The notes under the pieces were generated by a model. It was not told where the DNA came from, searched no databases, and saw only the letters and a list, made by a program, of their open reading frames with translations. From positions 10,573,924 through 10,637,923 of the forward strand of contig NW_026943818.1 of NCBI RefSeq assembly GCF_035594765.1: a stretch of 64,000 nt of DNA, written 5' to 3'. The translations under genes and the position numbers were made by a program. This DNA is from Anolis carolinensis (taxonomy: Eukaryota). How positions within the stretch are numbered: position 1 is the first letter of the stretch; each line of letters begins with the position of its first letter. This document shows, piece after piece, positions 61,801 through 64,000 of this stretch.

Positions 61801-63183
61801 AACCTCAATTACCCCCGGTATGTGAGAGTCCCTATATATGTGGCACAAAAGAAGGTTCTGGCATTCGGTACAATAAAAACTTGTTGGAATCTACCCGCGT
61901 GTGTCTTGGTGCTTTCTTTGGAAGACGGACCCACAGCACAACTGGGAGAAGAGAACCCAACAATTTTGGAAAGCGTTTCTACACCAATTAGGGGCCAAGC
62001 AAGCCCTCAGCACGGCATACCACCCCCAGACTGACGGGCAAACAGAGAGGGTCAACCAGGTGTTGGAACAATACCTGAGATGTTACACCAACTACCAACA
62101 GGATAATTGGTCAAAGTTTTTGGCCTATGCCCAGGTGGCTTACAACAATTCGGTACATTCCAGCACAGGGCACTCCCCATTCGAGATAGTTTACGGCCGT
62201 AACCTCCGCACACTGCCAACCCCAGAGGTCATCCAGTCTGACCCAGTCCCCTTTGCAGAATAGATGGCGAGAATTAAGGACGCATGGCCTGTCATCACAC
62301 AGGCTCTAGAAGAGGCCAAGGCAGCTTACAAACACCAAGCGGACAAACACAGGAGACCAGATTGGGACCTCAAGCCAGGGCAACAGGTCTACCTCTCCAC
62401 CAAATACCTCAAAGGTAGGCAGCCAACCAAGAAGTTGGCAGCCAAATACATTGGCCCCTTCATGGTCAAAAGACTAGTCAATGAAGTCACTGCAGAACTA
62501 GAACTTCCCCAGTCCTACAGGATGATTCACCCCATTTTCCACTTCAGTCTCCTCAAACCAGCTCCCAGTGGCACCCAGTCAAGCCCCCGCCTCCACCCAT
62601 CATGATAGGGGGCAACCAACACTATGAGGTGGCGGAAATATTAGACTCCAGAGTCAGGAAAAACACTCTCCAATATTTCATCAGGTGGAAGCATTTTCCC
62701 CTCAGTGAATCAGAATGGGTCAGGGATTCTGACATAAATGCACCCACACTCATCAAGAGGTTTCACGCTCAAAACCCACACAAACCTCCACACAAGGGGG
62801 GAGGACGGTTTTTGGGGGGGCGTGATGTCAGGATCCCCAATCCTTGACATCTCTGGTCAGCTGACAAAGAACAGATGCCAGCCATAAAAGCAGGCCGGCC
62901 ATAAAACATCAATTACCCCCTGGTATGTGAGAGTCCCTATATATGTGGCACAAAAGAAGGTTCTGGCATTCGGTACAATAAAAACTTGTTGGAATCTACC
63001 CGCGTGTGTCTTGGTGCTTTCTTTGGAAGACGGACCCACAGCACAACTGGGAGAAGAGAACCCGACAATTTCACATATTGTGCCTACCTGAGTCTCCAGC
63101 TGGCTCACGCTCTCTGTGTGGCTGGTCCTTGCTGCCAAGAGCTGCTGCCGGGCATCTTCTAACCACTGTTCTAGAGCACTTTT
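49846..63183 (-). CDS. GOLGA1: Golgin-97 (golgin subfamily A member 1), 3' 461 codons; the 5' exons lie beyond the window. Exons (-) 63183-63088, 61535-61440, 61260-61165, 59118-58966, 58706-58611, 57128-57060, 56754-56652, 54834-54674, 53593-53453, 53212-53153, 51564-51418, 51260-51174, 49926-49846
   Basis: GRIP domain [51 protein letters not shown] and tail [26 protein letters not shown]. The upstream coiled-coil exons have GT-AG sites and compatible phases, but are less certain than the GRIP exons. Confidence 0.92.
49968..50190 (+). mobile_element. R4-clade 3' fragment; others at about 17456-17555, 17745-17845, 31750-31925(-), 36500-36650 and 38243-38345
   Basis: [28 protein letters not shown] followed by the conserved 3' UTR ending in a trinucleotide tract. 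Confidence 0.78.
53710..54429 (+). mobile_element. CR1 LINE 3' fragment
   Basis: [35 protein letters not shown] (CR1 ORF2 C-terminus), ending in the CR1 terminal octamer repeat TCTATGATTCTATG. Confidence 0.88.
54973..56512. mobile_element. Non-autonomous hAT element with 8-bp TSD CCCTAAAC, containing a nested Helitron (55411-55948) and MITE (55961-56283)
   Basis: TIRs CAGGGGTCCTCAAAC / GTTTGGGGACCCCTG. CCCTAAAC at 54965-54972 and 56513-56520. Confidence 0.88.
57312..58010 (-). mobile_element. L2-clade LINE 3' fragment
   Basis: The minus strand encodes [36 protein letters not shown] and ends in the TGTAAGCCGCCCC..GGGTATAAAAATAAA tail that also occurs as many short copies in the window. Confidence 0.78.
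59286..59985 (+). mobile_element. 5'-truncated L1-clade element with 5' inversion (twin priming) and 15-bp TSD AGAATCCAAAACAAG
   Basis: TSD at 59271-59285 and 59986-60000. The inverted part encodes [33 protein letters not shown](-). The forward part continues [27 protein letters not shown], then a 3' UTR, AATAAA and an A-tail. Confidence 0.82.
60451..61102. mobile_element. CCGTGTTTCCCCG MITE with a nested L2-tail/SINE insertion
   Basis: TA-flanked TIRs, homologous to 19246-19706. Confidence 0.78.
61722..63067 (+). mobile_element. Internally deleted Ty3/Gypsy chromovirus LTR retrotransposon: LTRs 61722-61962 and 62826-63067, integrase C-terminal half plus chromodomain, TSD ATTTC
   Basis: TG...CA LTRs of about 241 bp differing at 3 positions. 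ATTTC at 61717-61721 and 63068-63072. Integrase [30 protein letters not shown] motif KYIGPF, chromodomain [21 protein letters not shown]-rich polypurine tract before the 3' LTR. Confidence 0.93.
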
Positions 63184-63489
63184 CTGGGAAGGTTAAATAT
63201 GGCAGACCATGATTATTTATTAGTACAGGAAAGGATTAACACCCCTGTGCGGCTTCCTTTGCTGTCTGTGCCCCGTTCAGAAGATTATTATTTATTTACT
63301 ACATTTATACCCCGCCCTCTCTCACCCCGAAGGGGACTCAGAGCGGCTTACAAGTTATATTTACATACAATATATTATATCATTAGCATAGCACAATATT
63401 AGCATTATATATTACTATATTGCACTATACAGTAATATTATTAGTAATATTACATGTCATAAATATATAATTAATATTATTATATTGTA

Positions 63490-64000
63490 CTAGCTTTGCC
63501 CGGCCACGCGTTGCTGTGGCTTATGGAAATTATTTGTTGGCCAGGTGGAATAGGAGTGAATAGCCTTGCAGCATGAAAGTCTGGCCGTTTTGTGGAGTGG
63601 TTGGAGTCGTAGCATTAATCCAAGAGGTGCTTTGAAGTGTGGGTACTTCCTTAGTAGGGGAATTCTTGTTTGGCCAGATTGAATGGTATTGAATAGGTTT
63701 GTAGGTTAAAAGCCTGGCCGGTTTGTACATAGGGTATTGTTGCTAGGCGAGGTTGAATGGGACAGAGTAGTGTTGTGGTTTCAAAGTTTGGGGGTTTTGT
63801 ATCTAGGGGAAATGTTGGTTGGCCTGGTTGAAAAGTATTGAATAGCCTTGATGGTTGTAAGCCTGGTCGGTTTTTACCTTGCGGAATCCTTGGTTGGTCA
63901 GTTTGAATAGGAATTAATAGTGTTGGTGTGGGAGGTTTGAATGGTGGAATTAGCCACCTTGATTAGTTTTTAATGGCCTTGCAGGTTGAAAGGGTGTTTT
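63490..64000 (-). mobile_element. Helitron 3' terminus with degenerate internal repeats, runs off the right edge
   Basis: CTAGCTTTGCCCGGCCACGCGTTGCTGTGGC is the reverse complement of a hairpin plus CTAG end. Confidence 0.62.

Noticed and set aside
63720-64000. C-depleted, G/T-rich stretch suggesting hypermutation
   Set aside because: It lies within degenerate Helitron-internal repeats at the window edge and cannot be distinguished from low-quality sequence without reads.

Overview
Eukaryotic genomic DNA. The repeat content (Sauria SINE, Penelope, Vingi, RTE, R4, CR1, L2) points to a squamate reptile, probably an Anolis lizard. The window opens with a 4.6-kb satellite of 62-bp units. Five spliced protein-coding genes follow, reconstructed exon by exon: HSPA5/BiP (+, with an ERSE promoter), RABEPK (-), PPP6C (+, head-to-head with RABEPK across a promoter with 11 NRF1-like sites), ARPC5L (+, first intron a U12 AT-AC intron) and the 3' part of GOLGA1/golgin-97 (-). 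Introns and intergenic DNA are dense with transposons. The most notable observations are: Penelope-derived minimal hammerhead ribozyme motifs, including a perfect inverted pair inside the ARPC5L minor intron within a triple-nested transposon stack; a promoter built by tandem amplification of NRF1 motifs; an apparent inversion relative to human 9q33.3; a chromovirus LTR element whose 5' LTR is joined precisely to mid-integrase; (TAA)n-targeting R4 elements; and a twin-primed L1. All coordinates were read by eye, and repeat family names come from motif recognition, not database searches.
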